DNA of 64,000 nucleotides from a virus (taxonomy: Duplodnaviria; Heunggongvirae; Uroviricota; Caudoviricetes). The stretch lies in IMG/VR virus record IMGVR_UViG_3300005095_000172, positions 1-64,000 of that record; one strand, given 5' to 3'. A program made the translations under genes and the position numbers. Under the pieces are notes generated by a model. That model saw nothing but the letters and a program-made list of their open reading frames with translations, ran no database searches and was not told the DNA's origin. Shown one piece after another: positions 17,655-27,542 of the stretch (its first letter is position 1; every line of letters begins with the position of its first letter).

Positions 17655-17897
17655 TTAAATGAATTTATCGAATTCAGGAAAATTAATTGGTCCTACTATA
17701 ATCCATTTTTTAAATGCATCGGCATCTTTTGAGTTAGCCCATATTCTATTACCTAAATATTTCGTGGTTGGAGTTTCAGTCCCAAATGCTTGTTCGATAG
17801 AAGCATCAAATGTATCATCTTTTGGGCAACAAAAATAGTATCTTCCTGGTTCTATTTCTTCTGGCGTAGTAATCCTTTTCATTTTCTTTCCTCGCAA
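17655..17897 (-). CDS. hypothetical protein
   Basis: ORF track. Confidence 0.4.
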   Translation of the reverse strand: MRGKKMKRITTPEEIEPGRYYFCCPKDDTFDASIEQAFGTETPTTKYLGNRIWANSKDADAFKKWIIVGPINFPEFDKFI

Positions 17898-18118
17898 TTT
17901 TGTGGTTTTAAAGTTTTAGGATTGATATAGACTGATAATCTTCTTTTCCCGTAAAGGTAAACCACATTTTCAATGCAAATCTTTCTATACCAAAAACCTT
18001 GATGTGGTCGTTCAATACTTCTTGTTTTAGAAAAATCCTCATTACTTTCTGTGAGTTCGCACCCACTAAAACTCAAAGAAATAATGATCCCTATCATAGC
18101 CATTGAAATCTTTTTCAT
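17879..18118 (-). CDS. small lipoprotein
   Basis: Signal/lipobox 'ISLSFSGC'. Confidence 0.4.
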   Translation of the reverse strand: MKKISMAMIGIIISLSFSGCELTESNEDFSKTRSIERPHQGFWYRKICIENVVYLYGKRRLSVYINPKTLKPQNCEERK

Positions 18119-18855
18119 TTTTTATTCCTTTGGTGTTTTCCGCAAGAACACCAACCTTTTTCAATTAGTGCCCAAAAATTTCTACCGTCCATCAAGTGTT
18201 TAAATTCACAAAAGTCACTTCTGATATCTCTGGCATTAGCATCAATGTGTATATCACTTCTATCAACAAATTCAACTTCTTTCATCTTAAATCCATTATA
18301 ATCAAATATTATAGTATAGAACTCATTAAAGTATTCTCGTTCATTACAGTAGAAATAGTCATATCTATCTTCTTCTTTATTGTAATAGTAAAGAGTAACC
18401 TCATCCAAAGTATTAGCTATTTTAAGTACTGAGTCTTCTATTTCTTTGAACCAAATGTCCCAATCTTCATTATCGTGAGAATGTACGAAGAAACACTCAC
18501 TTGGATAAACTTGCCTTATAAGTTCAATTCTTTCGTTAAAGCTTAGAGGGTTCTTTTCTGGACATTCACCATTGTCATCTCCAAGTACAACAATAGGTAC
18601 TTTCCCATCAAGAAGAATCTCATTAATGATGTGTTGGTGACCAAAGTGGAATGGTTGAAACCTTCCTATAACCATTCCGTATTCTACATTTCTCGGTTTT
18701 ACCTCTGATGTTACGGCAAATTCAAGGTAATTCATTTCATACTTCGGATACATATTTTGAAGAGAAGAATACAACACGCTTTCATCTACATTCCCGTGAA
18801 GTTCTTTCAGTACCCTGAAATCATTCCTAATTTTGTTTATTGTATAAGTAGTCAT
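18115..18855 (-). CDS. nicotinamide-mononucleotide adenylyltransferase (NadM/NatV-type NMNAT) with a C-terminal extension
   Basis: 'GMVIGRFQPFHFGHQHII' (H/T)xGH nucleotidyltransferase motif characteristic of NMNATs; adjacent to nadV. Confidence 0.65.
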   Translation of the reverse strand: MTTYTINKIRNDFRVLKELHGNVDESVLYSSLQNMYPKYEMNYLEFAVTSEVKPRNVEYGMVIGRFQPFHFGHQHIINEILLDGKVPIVVLGDDNGECPEKNPLSFNERIELIRQVYPSECFFVHSHDNEDWDIWFKEIEDSVLKIANTLDEVTLYYYNKEEDRYDYFYCNEREYFNEFYTIIFDYNGFKMKEVEFVDRSDIHIDANARDIRSDFCEFKHLMDGRNFWALIEKGWCSCGKHQRNKK

Positions 18856-18879
18856 TGTCTCTTCCCTTTCAGAGATGCC

Positions 18880-20319
18880 TTATCTTGACATCTCTCTTAC
18901 TGCTGTAAGTGTAGTAAGTTTCACTTCCCCATTTTCATAGATTGTTTCTAGGCAATCTTGAATTACTCTATCATCGACTTTCAAGTATCTATCATCAGTG
19001 AAATATTCATCAGTTTCTTTGTTGTACCAAAGTGTCAGTTCACCTTTTTTAGACTTTTTGTTCGGGGCGGTAATAGGGTCTTTGAACACATCTCTTTGTA
19101 CAAGGTATGGCTCCCAGACACTATTTCCTTCACCGTCTTCGATAGGACTTCCTTCATCTACGATAATACTTGAACATTTAAGAGCCCAACCTTGGGTGTC
19201 TCTATTATGAGATTGCATCAACCAACCACCAGAACCAAAGGCGATATTAGAAGAAGCGTAACCTCTTTCTTTAAGAACTTCAAGCATTTCTTTGATAGTT
19301 TCTTCATTAATACCATCACCCCAGATAATTCCGTACTTAGTAAACTCTTTATAACCTTTAGAATTAATTGTGAATTTAACTTCATTCTTTTCCATAATAT
19401 CAAGAGTTTTATTAATCACTTCTACTGGATTTCCTGAGTCTGGTCGAATAACAAACTTAGGGTACTCTTCACTTTCAATCTTTTCTTTGAACTCACCTGA
19501 TGTTACAGCATCAACCGTTTTAAAGTAATTGTAAGAATCACAAACTGCTGCTACAATAACTGAAGTTTTGTTGACTTCAATGTGGTTCATAATTATCTTG
19601 AGTTCATTTTCTTTAAGCCAAGATGTAGTCGTACTGTGCTCCGTAGCAGGGATTGAGTACCCAGCGTCTTCTTCATCATAGAATTCAAATGCGTATCTAA
19701 GAGAATTGAAGTTATCAGTTCCCATAAACTGTGTTAGATGAGCTACACCACCAATCCCTGCTGATTCCACTGAACTCGAACCTCTGTCTCCGAAGTTGTG
19801 GAACTGGAACTGTACGTCAAATACATCATCTGATGAAGTTTCCTTCCAGTACTTTTCAAGAAGTTCTCTGATATAGTAGCTTCTTGTGGCAATATTTGAT
19901 GTGTACCAAACCTTAAGGAAAAGAGTTTCAAGGAAACCTGCTACCCAAGGAACTTTCTCATCTGTTGATTCAATGCTGAATAGAATATTTCCAGTAGGAA
20001 TTACAGAACCTTCTTTAACAGCTCTGATTTTTACTGGAATATACCCGTTGTATTCATTTACAATATACTCCCAACCTTCTTTATTGAAAGGGATACCGTG
20101 CCCAGAAGCAAATTTTTCTGCTTGGTTTACATCATCCATTGTTACTGGATTCATAAGGTACTTCAAGATAAAGTACTGAATTCCAAAGAAAACCGTTTTT
20201 GGATATACTTTACCGCTTCTTGCTTCTGCGTACACAAACATTTGCTTCATATTTTCTGGGTATTGTTTCCAGTGACTGTATTTGTAAGAGTCACTCAACA
20301 TAATTACATTTTCTTTCAT
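18880..20319 (-). CDS. nadV: nicotinamide phosphoribosyltransferase (NadV/NAMPT)
   Basis: 479 aa; N-terminal 'SDSYKYSHWKQYP' and overall NAMPT-like sequence. Confidence 0.8.
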   Translation of the reverse strand: MKENVIMLSDSYKYSHWKQYPENMKQMFVYAEARSGKVYPKTVFFGIQYFILKYLMNPVTMDDVNQAEKFASGHGIPFNKEGWEYIVNEYNGYIPVKIRAVKEGSVIPTGNILFSIESTDEKVPWVAGFLETLFLKVWYTSNIATRSYYIRELLEKYWKETSSDDVFDVQFQFHNFGDRGSSSVESAGIGGVAHLTQFMGTDNFNSLRYAFEFYDEEDAGYSIPATEHSTTTSWLKENELKIIMNHIEVNKTSVIVAAVCDSYNYFKTVDAVTSGEFKEKIESEEYPKFVIRPDSGNPVEVINKTLDIMEKNEVKFTINSKGYKEFTKYGIIWGDGINEETIKEMLEVLKERGYASSNIAFGSGGWLMQSHNRDTQGWALKCSSIIVDEGSPIEDGEGNSVWEPYLVQRDVFKDPITAPNKKSKKGELTLWYNKETDEYFTDDRYLKVDDRVIQDCLETIYENGEVKLTTLTAVREMSR

Positions 20320-20330
20320 TTTATTCCCTT

Positions 20331-20639
20331 TTATTGATTTCTAATGATGAGTCTATTCTCATCACACAAACTTAAACTATTAGATTTCCTTATTAACCTT
20401 TTTATGTATTCAGCGGTACTTATAGGTTTCACATCAATAATCTTTACTATATCATTATAGAACTTCATCTTTAAGATTTCTCTTTGTACTAATTCCAAAC
20501 AATTTGAAGACGATATGGTATAATGGTCAACTGAAATTTCAACATTTAACCCAAACATTTTTGTGAATATAATGTAGTTCGGAATATCCTGGCCATTCCG
20601 ATTATTCGGTTGAGCAAATGTAAAAGAAACCACACTCAT
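20331..20639 (-). CDS. hypothetical protein
   Basis: ORF track. Confidence 0.4.
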   Translation of the reverse strand: MSVVSFTFAQPNNRNGQDIPNYIIFTKMFGLNVEISVDHYTISSSNCLELVQREILKMKFYNDIVKIIDVKPISTAEYIKRLIRKSNSLSLCDENRLIIRNQ

Positions 20640-20656
20640 AAAAACTAAAAAGGAAT

Positions 20657-20986
20657 TTATAGTACTTCATTTTGTACCTCTTGAATACTTTTTAAGTTTA
20701 TCGGGTAATCCTTCAACGACTGAACTCCTCTTTCCGTGATGGAGTATTCTTTTGTGTCATAGTTGAGTTCTATAAGCCCTGATTCTCTATAAATCTGCAT
20801 ATTGTCGGAATAATAACCTCGAAGTTCTTTCCTATTTCCTTTTTTACCAAGTACTTTAGTGACTATTTCATATTTTGAACTTGGTCCGTGTTTATGTAAA
20901 TAGTCTAAAATTTTTATTAGTTTAGTTGGTTTGCCATTGATAGTTCTTGAAGCCGTTGCTTTAGCTCTTCTCATTCTATAATACAT
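20657..20986 (-). CDS. hypothetical protein (possible winged-helix DNA-binding protein)
   Basis: Basic N-terminus; promoter element upstream. Confidence 0.35.
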   Translation of the reverse strand: MYYRMRRAKATASRTINGKPTKLIKILDYLHKHGPSSKYEIVTKVLGKKGNRKELRGYYSDNMQIYRESGLIELNYDTKEYSITERGVQSLKDYPINLKSIQEVQNEVL

Positions 20987-20991
20987 CTGTG

Positions 20992-21036
20992 TCCTTTCTA
21001 AGTTTATATGATATGATAGCTAATTTTAGCTTAAAA
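20992..21036 (-). promoter_or_regulatory. degenerate promoter element copy
   Basis: Partial consensus. Confidence 0.35.
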
Positions 21037-21061
21037 GTGAATTAATTCCTATAATTAATTT

Positions 21062-21436
21062 TTAAAGTAATTCTTCAAGGTCACTTTCATCTAAGGAGAA
21101 TATCCTACTTAAGAAGCCTCTTTTTCTCTCATCTAGTTTTAGGTTAGTAAGGTCTTCTTGACTTTCTTTTGAGAATTCTATGTATAAGTATTCCTTATCA
21201 GTAGATATAATATCTTCTACTTTTACTTTATATCTTTTTGCGCTTTCATCTTCAGAAACTTCCAACTCATAACTTACTGGAACTTCTCCAACACCATTAT
21301 AGATGTCTTCTAATCTTTGTTTAGCTTCTTGCGGGACTTCTATTCCAACAATTTCACAAGAAGATTTGATGTTCTCAAGTACTTTCAATTCTTCTAAGAA
21401 ATTCTTCCCGCAATAAATTCTAGTTTGTAGTGCCAA
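21062..21436 (-). CDS. hypothetical protein
   Basis: ORF track. Confidence 0.4.
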   Translation of the reverse strand: MALQTRIYCGKNFLEELKVLENIKSSCEIVGIEVPQEAKQRLEDIYNGVGEVPVSYELEVSEDESAKRYKVKVEDIISTDKEYLYIEFSKESQEDLTNLKLDERKRGFLSRIFSLDESDLEELL

Positions 21437-21509
21437 CTGAACTCCTTACTCATATTTGTTGTATTTTACTCTTAGTTTACTATTCTATACTTTAAGACAA
21501 CTTAAATTT

Positions 21510-21881
21510 TTACTCTACTGTCACAACTACATTATCTTTCACCACTATTCTATGGTTATCCCCAATTCCATATTTCCCATTGTTTATAATCTTTGCTGCC
21601 CCTAGATATTCTGGTAGCATTTTCTTATGTATCTCAGATATATCAATCCCAAGCACTCTTTCTATATATCTTAATGTAGCGTGTTCGCTTATGATAAGTT
21701 CTTTTGAAGTGTGTTTAAGTTTTTCGATTTCTTTCTTTAAGGAATCATTCCTTTTTCTTTCTTCTTTTAAAGATTTCCTGACTTCTTGAATTTGAGATTC
21801 GAAATTTGAGATTTTAGCGTTGGATTCAGCTAATCGTGTTTCTAATGATTTGAGAGTTGTGTGTTTTGCTTTGTTGTTCAT
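21510..21881 (-). CDS. coiled-coil protein
   Basis: Heptad-rich N-terminal half. Confidence 0.4.
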   Translation of the reverse strand: MNNKAKHTTLKSLETRLAESNAKISNFESQIQEVRKSLKEERKRNDSLKKEIEKLKHTSKELIISEHATLRYIERVLGIDISEIHKKMLPEYLGAAKIINNGKYGIGDNHRIVVKDNVVVTVE

Positions 21882-21928
21882 AGTAAATCCTTTTGATGAA
21901 TTATACTATAAACAAACTTAAATGTTTC

Positions 21929-22054
21929 TTATTTTCTAATGTCTTCTTTGGAGAATATCATATATAGAATTATCATTATTAAGATTACTACCACACCGCT
22001 GTCTTGAGAAGCGTGTGCTATTTGAGTCGTGTTGTTTACGTCAGGTTTACCCAT
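21929..22054 (-). CDS. small single-TM protein (about 41 aa; not in the ORF track)
   Basis: RBS 'AAGGAAATA' + ATG; hydrophobic 'VVVILIMIILYMIF'. Confidence 0.3.
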   Translation of the reverse strand: MGKPDVNNTTQIAHASQDSGVVVILIMIILYMIFSKEDIRK

Positions 22055-22063
22055 TATATTTCC

Positions 22064-22693
22064 TTAAGATAATTTTAAAATCCCATTATCATTCCAAAGT
22101 GCTCCAGAAATACCAGGATTAAAATCAGGAACAAAAAACCTTTGTTTTTCTTTAAAATCTTTTACTGTAAGTACTTGATTGTCTTTTGTTGGAGAATATC
22201 CTTCTGGTAATTCGTCATATTGCTTAATTCCTCCTATATTCTCTAATGATGTTTCAATCGGAATGAGGTCTTCATTTATTGAAACATCTTCATTGTCTTC
22301 AGAAGAGTAATCTTGTGCCATATCGTTTGAGTATTTACCAAGATAAGGAAAATCGTTTTTATTATGGTAATTGAGTTCTAAAGAATCATATACTTCTATC
22401 CTAGAAGCTCCGTCAAATAATGAAAATACGTCTCCTTGCTTAAAGAAAAGCTTACTTTGTGGATAGAAAACGATGTATCTCATAGCATCTGGTTCTTGTT
22501 CAGACGGGAAATCTTTAACAGAATAAACTATTTGTTCTATGTCTATGAGTTCTTTATCTAACCAAATTATTTCATTATTTATGAAAATTCCTATCTCTTT
22601 AGTATCGGTGGAAATGACTATTTCTCCTTCTTTCAGAATTTCATTTTCTAAAGTAGTTTTAAATCCAGTCTTTAATATAATCCCAGTATTCAT
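22064..22693 (-). CDS. putative tail-fiber / receptor-binding-like protein (paralogous to the next gene)
   Basis: Shares the C-terminal motif 'GALWNDNGILKLS' with 'GAIWNDNGTLRIQ' in 22704-23819. Confidence 0.3.
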   Translation of the reverse strand: MNTGIILKTGFKTTLENEILKEGEIVISTDTKEIGIFINNEIIWLDKELIDIEQIVYSVKDFPSEQEPDAMRYIVFYPQSKLFFKQGDVFSLFDGASRIEVYDSLELNYHNKNDFPYLGKYSNDMAQDYSSEDNEDVSINEDLIPIETSLENIGGIKQYDELPEGYSPTKDNQVLTVKDFKEKQRFFVPDFNPGISGALWNDNGILKLS

Positions 22694-22703
22694 CTATCTC
22701 TCC

Positions 22704-23819
22704 TTATTCATCACAACAATAATCACAAACTCTACTTGTATCAGCTCCACTAGGGATATTCAAGTAATTCAATGGACACTCAGGTAGTTTGTGGCAATAA
22801 CCCCAAGCACCATAAAAGTTAGTCCCTGAACTAACATCAAGTTGAGGGAATGAGGTTAATGATGTACAATTATACCAAGCCCAACTAAAGTCAGTTATCT
22901 TACTTTCATCTTCAGCACTCACTACAAATTCTGTCATATTAGTACAATAATAGAACAAAAGACGATAACTTGATCTATTCCCGTATCTTATAATCTCACC
23001 TTTGGTTACTTTATCTCGATTACTTGTTGGATAAACACTATCATTCGTAATAACATCTATGTACCCGTTAGTCACTGGTCTAGTAATACCATCACTCCTC
23101 CAACCAAGTTCTTCAGTGGTGTAGTATCTCATTACACCTTCACATTTCTGAATTCTCAAAGTTCCATTGTCATTCCAGATGGCTCCGCACTCTTCAGGTT
23201 CTTCTGTTGGTGGAAAATAATAAATAGATTTAGAAGTTCCCAAAGTCACTAAGTTGTTTTCATCTCCACCAATATAATCTTCATCCATTTCTCCATTTTC
23301 AAGAAGCATCCCGTTTTCATTCTTCATGAAATTAGAGTATTGATTCAAATATTCTTTAGGAATAATAGATTCATCACCAATGTTTTTCCAGTCACCTTGA
23401 AGAACACTGTCGTACGCATCTTTGTTTAATTTCACACCACCGCTTCTAGTGATGTACCCATCGTAGTTCACTTTTGGTTCAAAGTAGTCAAATATTTTAG
23501 ATTTTTGATATGTGTTAAGATTAGACATAGGTCTAAAAACCCAACCATTATTGGTCTTGTAGAATTCAGAGTACGCATAGTCACCAGATTCTTTAGTACA
23601 AATCCATAAATCTCCTGGTTCTCCATCTAGAGAAGTAGGTACATTTGGGCTTACAATAACTCTTTCATCGACCCAATCTGGTTTCAAAAGCGGAAATGTA
23701 GCTAATCTATTTCCGTGATAAGTGTGTAGTGAGAGTTCATCAGGATTAAGGATAATTTCCCCAATAGGGATATTAGTAGGTATATCTGATGATTTATAGA
23801 GGATAATTCCTGTTTCCAT
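22704..23819 (-). CDS. putative tail-fiber / receptor-binding-like protein with a Cys-rich C-terminus
   Basis: See above; 'CDYCCDE' tail. Confidence 0.3.
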   Translation of the reverse strand: METGIILYKSSDIPTNIPIGEIILNPDELSLHTYHGNRLATFPLLKPDWVDERVIVSPNVPTSLDGEPGDLWICTKESGDYAYSEFYKTNNGWVFRPMSNLNTYQKSKIFDYFEPKVNYDGYITRSGGVKLNKDAYDSVLQGDWKNIGDESIIPKEYLNQYSNFMKNENGMLLENGEMDEDYIGGDENNLVTLGTSKSIYYFPPTEEPEECGAIWNDNGTLRIQKCEGVMRYYTTEELGWRSDGITRPVTNGYIDVITNDSVYPTSNRDKVTKGEIIRYGNRSSYRLLFYYCTNMTEFVVSAEDESKITDFSWAWYNCTSLTSFPQLDVSSGTNFYGAWGYCHKLPECPLNYLNIPSGADTSRVCDYCCDE

Positions 23820-23886
23820 TTAAACTACCTTTTTGAATATTTAATGGTCATTCAGTGTCTAGATAGTTTAAATGTATTGGGAGTTT

Positions 23887-24189
23887 TTATTCTTCGTTAA
23901 TAATTCTTAATGCTTCTTCTTGTGACAAACCATCTTCAGTCAATGCAGCAAATCTAAGAGATTTGAAGATATCAACGACTACATCGTCATTTGTCATTTC
24001 TACGTCTTCTGGAAGACTACTAATCACTTCTTTTGCTACAGTAAGGACTCCAACTGTGATTTCAGCCAATGCTTGGGTTAAGTTTTCTGAGTCGATTTCT
24101 ACGGAACTTCCTTCAATTTTAATCATAATTCCTCCTAATCTTTTAGTGAAGCGAATACAATTTTCGCAGCAATCCAAATTGATTTCCAA
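23887..24189 (-). CDS. hypothetical acidic protein
   Basis: ORF track. Confidence 0.35.
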   Translation of the reverse strand: MEINLDCCENCIRFTKRLGGIMIKIEGSSVEIDSENLTQALAEITVGVLTVAKEVISSLPEDVEMTNDDVVVDIFKSLRFAALTEDGLSQEEALRIINEE

Positions 24190-24725
24190 TCATTGTTATC
24201 CATCAATTCTTCATCATTCAACCAAATAACTTTATTGTGGTAAAATTCGTCTGGGTCTTTCAAATCTTGAGCTTCATTTTTAATATCAGCTTCAGTTTTT
24301 CCTGGTGTTTTATCAGTTACATCAACCAAGAACCCAACACAAGATTGATTCATTTGAGTAGAAACCAAAGTTGCGCCAACACATACGACATTTTCATCAT
24401 CTACTTCATACCCAGCTTCTTCCTTAACTTCAATAATACAAATTTCTTCCGGAGATTTATCCATATCGATACTACCACCGAATGCAGTGAGCATCATGGC
24501 TTTGTCTTCAAATAGCTCATCCATTGGAGGTTTAGATTCGAAGATTAGCCCCCATCTATCTTTTCTATTTGCATCAAAGAGGATAAACGCAATAGAATCT
24601 CTACCTCCTCTTTCAGCATAGTAGTAATGTCCCCTAGCTTTCTTTACTGTCATGAACGGGTTTCCGTCTGGTGTAGTTTCTTCTGAAGCCCAGACAACTT
24701 CTGGTGTGTAATCATTATTTTCCAT
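24135..24725 (-). CDS. Nudix hydrolase (likely ADP-ribose / NAD-related pyrophosphatase)
   Basis: Nudix box 'GGSIDMDKSPEEICIIEVKEEAGY' (Gx5Ex7REUxEExGU). Confidence 0.7.
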   Translation of the reverse strand: MENNDYTPEVVWASEETTPDGNPFMTVKKARGHYYYAERGGRDSIAFILFDANRKDRWGLIFESKPPMDELFEDKAMMLTAFGGSIDMDKSPEEICIIEVKEEAGYEVDDENVVCVGATLVSTQMNQSCVGFLVDVTDKTPGKTEADIKNEAQDLKDPDEFYHNKVIWLNDEELMDNNDWKSIWIAAKIVFASLKD

Positions 24726-25189
24726 TATGGTTCCTTTAAAAATTTCTTAGTGAGTTTCCCAGAATACTCATCTTGTTTAAGTGCTTCTGGATAATTCTGC
24801 ATTACTTCTGTGTAAGAAGAGTATTTTTCTTCAGTGATTCCGTACTTTTTAATCCCATCTTCGTCAAAATAAGGGTACACCCACTGATATTCTGGTTCTG
24901 AAGTGAAGGAATATTCTAGATGGGACGCATTATAAAAGAAATCATAATCTTCCACAAGAATTTTTTCTTCTCCTACGATAACCCATACATTTTCTCCTTC
25001 TAAATATGCAATCTTAAACTCACATAATCTATCATTTGAATTTATGATGATATCATATGTACAAAAACCACATTGCTTTTCAACCCAACTTCCTGAATCT
25101 AGAACTATCAGGCTACATTGTCTTCCACCATCAATCCAATTTTGGTATTCAAGCTTTAGGTGCGCTTTTAGATATTCATGAGTTTTCAT
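24725..25189 (-). CDS. hypothetical protein
   Basis: ORF track. Confidence 0.4.
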   Translation of the reverse strand: MKTHEYLKAHLKLEYQNWIDGGRQCSLIVLDSGSWVEKQCGFCTYDIIINSNDRLCEFKIAYLEGENVWVIVGEEKILVEDYDFFYNASHLEYSFTSEPEYQWVYPYFDEDGIKKYGITEEKYSSYTEVMQNYPEALKQDEYSGKLTKKFLKEP

Positions 25190-25413
25190 TTCTTGTTCTC
25201 GAATTCTTTGATTATTTCATTGGTTGTATTAGCGTCAGAAATTACAACAATTCCTTTCCTCACTTCCATAACAGTATCGAAAGTGTCAGTCTTTACTGTC
25301 ATGCTTTCTCCGTTTTGGTATGTAATTATGACTAAAGTGATTACAGTCACTAAAGCAAGAAAAATTAAATCCAAAAGCACACTCATAAATTTCATATTAT
25401 CTCCTATTTTCAA
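25186..25413 (-). CDS. small membrane protein
   Basis: TM helix. Confidence 0.35.
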   Translation of the reverse strand: MKIGDNMKFMSVLLDLIFLALVTVITLVIITYQNGESMTVKTDTFDTVMEVRKGIVVISDANTTNEIIKEFENKK

Positions 25414-25657
25414 TTATTTGGTAGTTCCCGCAAAATGTGTAGCGTCTATTATTTTTAGTATTTTCATCATAAAATGTCACACAATTCCCATTTATTGAGA
25501 AATCATTAGTGAATTTCCAAGAACCTTCCGTAGTGATTGAATATCTATATAACTTTCTCTTATCTTCAGCACATCCGCTCACGAAGATACTGAAAATTAT
25601 CATGAAAGTAAATGCCAAGTTTCGCTTAAAATAGATCATATTGAACGTCCTCAACAA
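25397..25657 (-). CDS. small lipoprotein
   Basis: 'IFSIFVSGC' lipobox. Confidence 0.35.
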   Translation of the reverse strand: MLRTFNMIYFKRNLAFTFMIIFSIFVSGCAEDKRKLYRYSITTEGSWKFTNDFSINGNCVTFYDENTKNNRRYTFCGNYQIIENRR

Positions 25658-25910
25658 TGGATTTCACTTCATCTTCTCCAAACTCTTCAATCATATCTTC
25701 TATGTGTACTTTCAGCTTCTTAGTCATTTTCGATTTCTTTTCAACTTCTACTCTTTCTCTAAGAAGCTTAATTGCATGCCCAATTTCTTGTTCATCATTG
25801 AACTTACCATCTACTTCATATTCATTGTCCATTTCTGAATAGTCAGTATAAACACCTAACTTAAGCGTACCGTCTTTTCTTAAATAGATCGTTGGGTCTT
25901 GTCCTAACAC
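25626..25910 (-). CDS. hypothetical protein
   Basis: ORF track. Confidence 0.35.
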   Translation of the reverse strand: MLGQDPTIYLRKDGTLKLGVYTDYSEMDNEYEVDGKFNDEQEIGHAIKLLRERVEVEKKSKMTKKLKVHIEDMIEEFGEDEVKSIVEDVQYDLF

Positions 25911-26035
25911 AACATAATATGAGTACTCGTAACTACGTGGTGGAGTATCAATTACTAAAGTATATTGGCCAACTACAATTTCTCTTCGCTTACTTTCTTG
26001 TAGTTCTCCTGAAATACCATGAATTTCATTTATAT

Positions 26036-26575
26036 TTATCCTTTAATCTCTTCTTTCATATAAACACCATCTACATCCTTGATGAACCAAGACTCGTTAT
26101 CATTAGACACGATATATTTTGTATATTCACTATCGTGTACTTTAGCAGCATAGTAATCTTTACCTTTCATCACCGAAGGTTGTTCTTTGAAAAGTTCTTC
26201 AAGAAAAGATGCTAACTTTCTTTCTTCAGATTGCTTCAAATCTCCTTTAGAACCTTTCTTATACTGAGGAATTCCTCCATTTACCATCACTCCACCATCA
26301 TCAAGGAGCTTATATCTGTAATTTCCGTGAAATTCGTCTTTTATACTCAAACCCCACCCAGTATATCTTGAATCATCTAAATTATACTTTTTAGCGTCAA
26401 GAGCACTACTTCTTACCAGTTGAGCCATCTTGAACTCAGGATCATGACCAATATTTCTAGAAAAATCATCATTAAAATCCAATAGCCATTCAAGCGTTGC
26501 TTCTGGATATCCGTCGAAGTGTTTATAAAGTTCTAGATCTAAATCTGATACTCTAATTACTGCTGATGTTCCCAT
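26036..26575 (-). CDS. hypothetical protein
   Basis: ORF track; promoter element upstream. Confidence 0.45.
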   Translation of the reverse strand: MGTSAVIRVSDLDLELYKHFDGYPEATLEWLLDFNDDFSRNIGHDPEFKMAQLVRSSALDAKKYNLDDSRYTGWGLSIKDEFHGNYRYKLLDDGGVMVNGGIPQYKKGSKGDLKQSEERKLASFLEELFKEQPSVMKGKDYYAAKVHDSEYTKYIVSNDNESWFIKDVDGVYMKEEIKG

Positions 26576-26582
26576 TTCATTC

Positions 26583-26626
26583 CTTTCTTTTTAACTTCTA
26601 TATTATAACTGAAATTATCTTAAAGA
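26583..26626 (-). promoter_or_regulatory. promoter element copy
   Basis: Consensus match. Confidence 0.5.
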
Positions 26627-26630
26627 CTGC

Positions 26631-27491
26631 TTAAATTTTATATTCACTACAACTTTCTGACATATTCATAGTTTCTTTCTTCTTATAGCAAAATACAGTA
26701 GAAGGACTCATGTCTTCAGCAAACTTACAAGTACTGCAAGAATTTAAGTTTTTGAAAATGAATCTTTTCAAAAACTCTTCATAATTCATAAATTCACATC
26801 CCTTATATGAATAAGTTGGGTATGTCCACATATAACACCAATTATAAGCGTCATCATTATCGAAAACAGTATATTTTGGTAACTTAAGAATCCCTGCATT
26901 TACTCTTCTATGGCTATCTACCAAAGTATTTTCTGCATCCTCCTCACTTAATTTTCTCATTTCAGTGCCACCATAACAAATTTTCATGACTAATTTAATT
27001 TTACCCGCTGTATCACAACCAGTAACTGCCAATCCTCTAATATTAGAATTATTTCCATGATCATAGAATTCAGTTACAAATTCCTCAAAAGTGATCTCTC
27101 TACAATTTTCTAAATTATAAGGGAAACTCCAGAAACCGTATCCTTCTCCATTATCAAAAAGAATGTATTCTGATGGTCTCATGATAGAATTTTGATCTTC
27201 AAGCATCTTCTCTGAGAACATTTCGTGTATTTCCATTCTAAGAACTTTCATTACAAATTCATATTTGTATCTATCATCTATGCCTTTGATAGCAAGATTT
27301 CTTTTAGACATATCTTCTTCAACCATACCGGAGTAAATCACAAACTCCTTTCCATCTTTCATTTTCACCCAATAAAAATCATTATCTAAAGAAAATGGGG
27401 AGACACAAAACTCTTCTCCTTTATACTTTTCAATAAGTTTAATTGGTAAAGTTGTGATAAAATCACCAGAATTGGTTCTGTCTTTGACCAT
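26631..27491 (-). CDS. hypothetical protein
   Basis: ORF track. Confidence 0.45.
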   Translation of the reverse strand: MVKDRTNSGDFITTLPIKLIEKYKGEEFCVSPFSLDNDFYWVKMKDGKEFVIYSGMVEEDMSKRNLAIKGIDDRYKYEFVMKVLRMEIHEMFSEKMLEDQNSIMRPSEYILFDNGEGYGFWSFPYNLENCREITFEEFVTEFYDHGNNSNIRGLAVTGCDTAGKIKLVMKICYGGTEMRKLSEEDAENTLVDSHRRVNAGILKLPKYTVFDNDDAYNWCYMWTYPTYSYKGCEFMNYEEFLKRFIFKNLNSCSTCKFAEDMSPSTVFCYKKKETMNMSESCSEYKI

Positions 27492-27542
27492 TTTTCTTTG
27501 TATTTCTTCAGCGTTCTTTTTAATATAAATGCCTTATTGTAA

